Of a DNA stretch of 45,276 bases, positions 44,775-45,276 are shown piece by piece (position 1 is the first letter of the stretch; each line of letters opens with the position of its first letter). The position numbers and the translations under genes are program-made. Below the pieces are notes generated by a model. The model had not been told where the DNA came from. It was given only the letters and a program-made list of their open reading frames with translations, and did not search any database. The stretch spans positions 1 to 45,276 of the forward strand of contig JAOZVH010000001.1 in the NCBI GenBank assembly GCA_029938235.1. The letters are read 5' to 3'. The stretch is from Bacteroidales bacterium (GTDB lineage: Bacteria; Bacteroidota; Bacteroidia; Bacteroidales; 4572-128).

Positions 44775-45065
44775 AATTTTTTTCAAAAAATGTCAATTTT
44801 ATAATATTTTTTATAATTAAAAATAAATTTTTTCAAAAAACGTCAAAATTTTCAATATTCTTTTTATAATTAAAAAAAAAAATTTTTCAAAAAACGTTAA
44901 AATTTTCAACATTTTTTATAATTAAAAAAAAACAAATTTCAAAAAACGTCAAAATTTTCAATATTCTTTTTATAATTAAAAAAAAATTTTTTCAAAAAAC
45001 GTCAAAATTTTCAACATTTTTTATAATTAAAAAATTTTTTTTCAAATTCATCCAAAATTTTAAGA
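44775..45065. repeat. Array of ~6 units of the intergenic AT repeat family (CGTC orientation) with an alternating A-B-A-B higher-order structure
   Basis: Anchors are TGTC 44791, CGTC 44841, CGTT 44895, CGTC 44947, CGTC 45000 and CATC 45049. The variants ...TTTTCAATATTCTTTTTATAATT and ...TTTTCAACATTTTTTATAATT alternate. Confidence 0.9.
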
Positions 45066-45276
45066 CTTTTTAATACCCTATGCGTCATTGTCCACGCTTG
45101 ACATGGTAAGTACTCTTTTAAAAGTTTTTCCGTATAAAATATTATCTTTGCATTTACAATGAAAAATTCAATCATTTATCAAAAAAAGACCAAAAATTTC
45201 TTAACAATTTATATCATTATGACTGATGTTACGCAATGATTTTGTTTTGAATTTGCAAAAATTTTAAATCGTCATT

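Noticed and set aside
1-45276. Alternative genetic code (for example UGA as a sense codon), as seen in some AT-rich reduced genomes
   Set aside because: Long ORFs, including one of 1788 aa, are intact under the standard code, and family motifs are contiguous. Gene ends coincide with hairpins and repeat boundaries, so no reassignment needs to be invoked.

Overview
Extremely AT-rich bacterial chromosome segment, roughly 20% G+C by eye. The gene signature is Bacteroidota: T9SS C-terminal sorting-domain cargo, a TonB-dependent receptor, BlaR1-M56/TonB_C fusions, DUF4834, LpxK, MlaEF-like transporter, and no Shine-Dalgarno-like leaders. About 31 credible CDS are present. Housekeeping genes include gltX, miaA, sppA, lpxK, MlaEF-like ABC genes, two GT4 glycosyltransferases and an LplT/PlsC/Aas-like fusion. 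A 1788-aa modular T9SS surface protein is present, together with two large signalling proteins (4HB-HAMP-GAF-PAS-PAS and TPR-SpoIIE). An accessory-looking segment spans about 6.4-16.4 kb. It contains a VapBC-like module with a frameshifted PIN toxin and an orphan RtcR-like (CARF-like N-terminus + sigma-54 AAA+ + HTH) activator. That activator lies divergent from a sigma-54-type promoter in front of an outer-membrane barrel/lipoprotein pair. The segment also holds a near-identical tandem duplication of a blaI/blaR1-like pair with swapped C-terminal TonB_C cassettes. Two outward-facing paralogous PD-(D/E)xK-like genes bracket the segment. The most striking non-genic signal is a ~51-56 bp A/T-palindromic repeat family, about 55-60 units counted by eye. 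It forms tandem arrays in at least 13 intergenic regions and makes up about half of all non-coding DNA here. It is not CRISPR, because there are no unique spacers. No rRNA, tRNA, transposase, integrase or CRISPR-cas genes were recognised. All family assignments come from motif recognition by eye and need HMM or structure confirmation.
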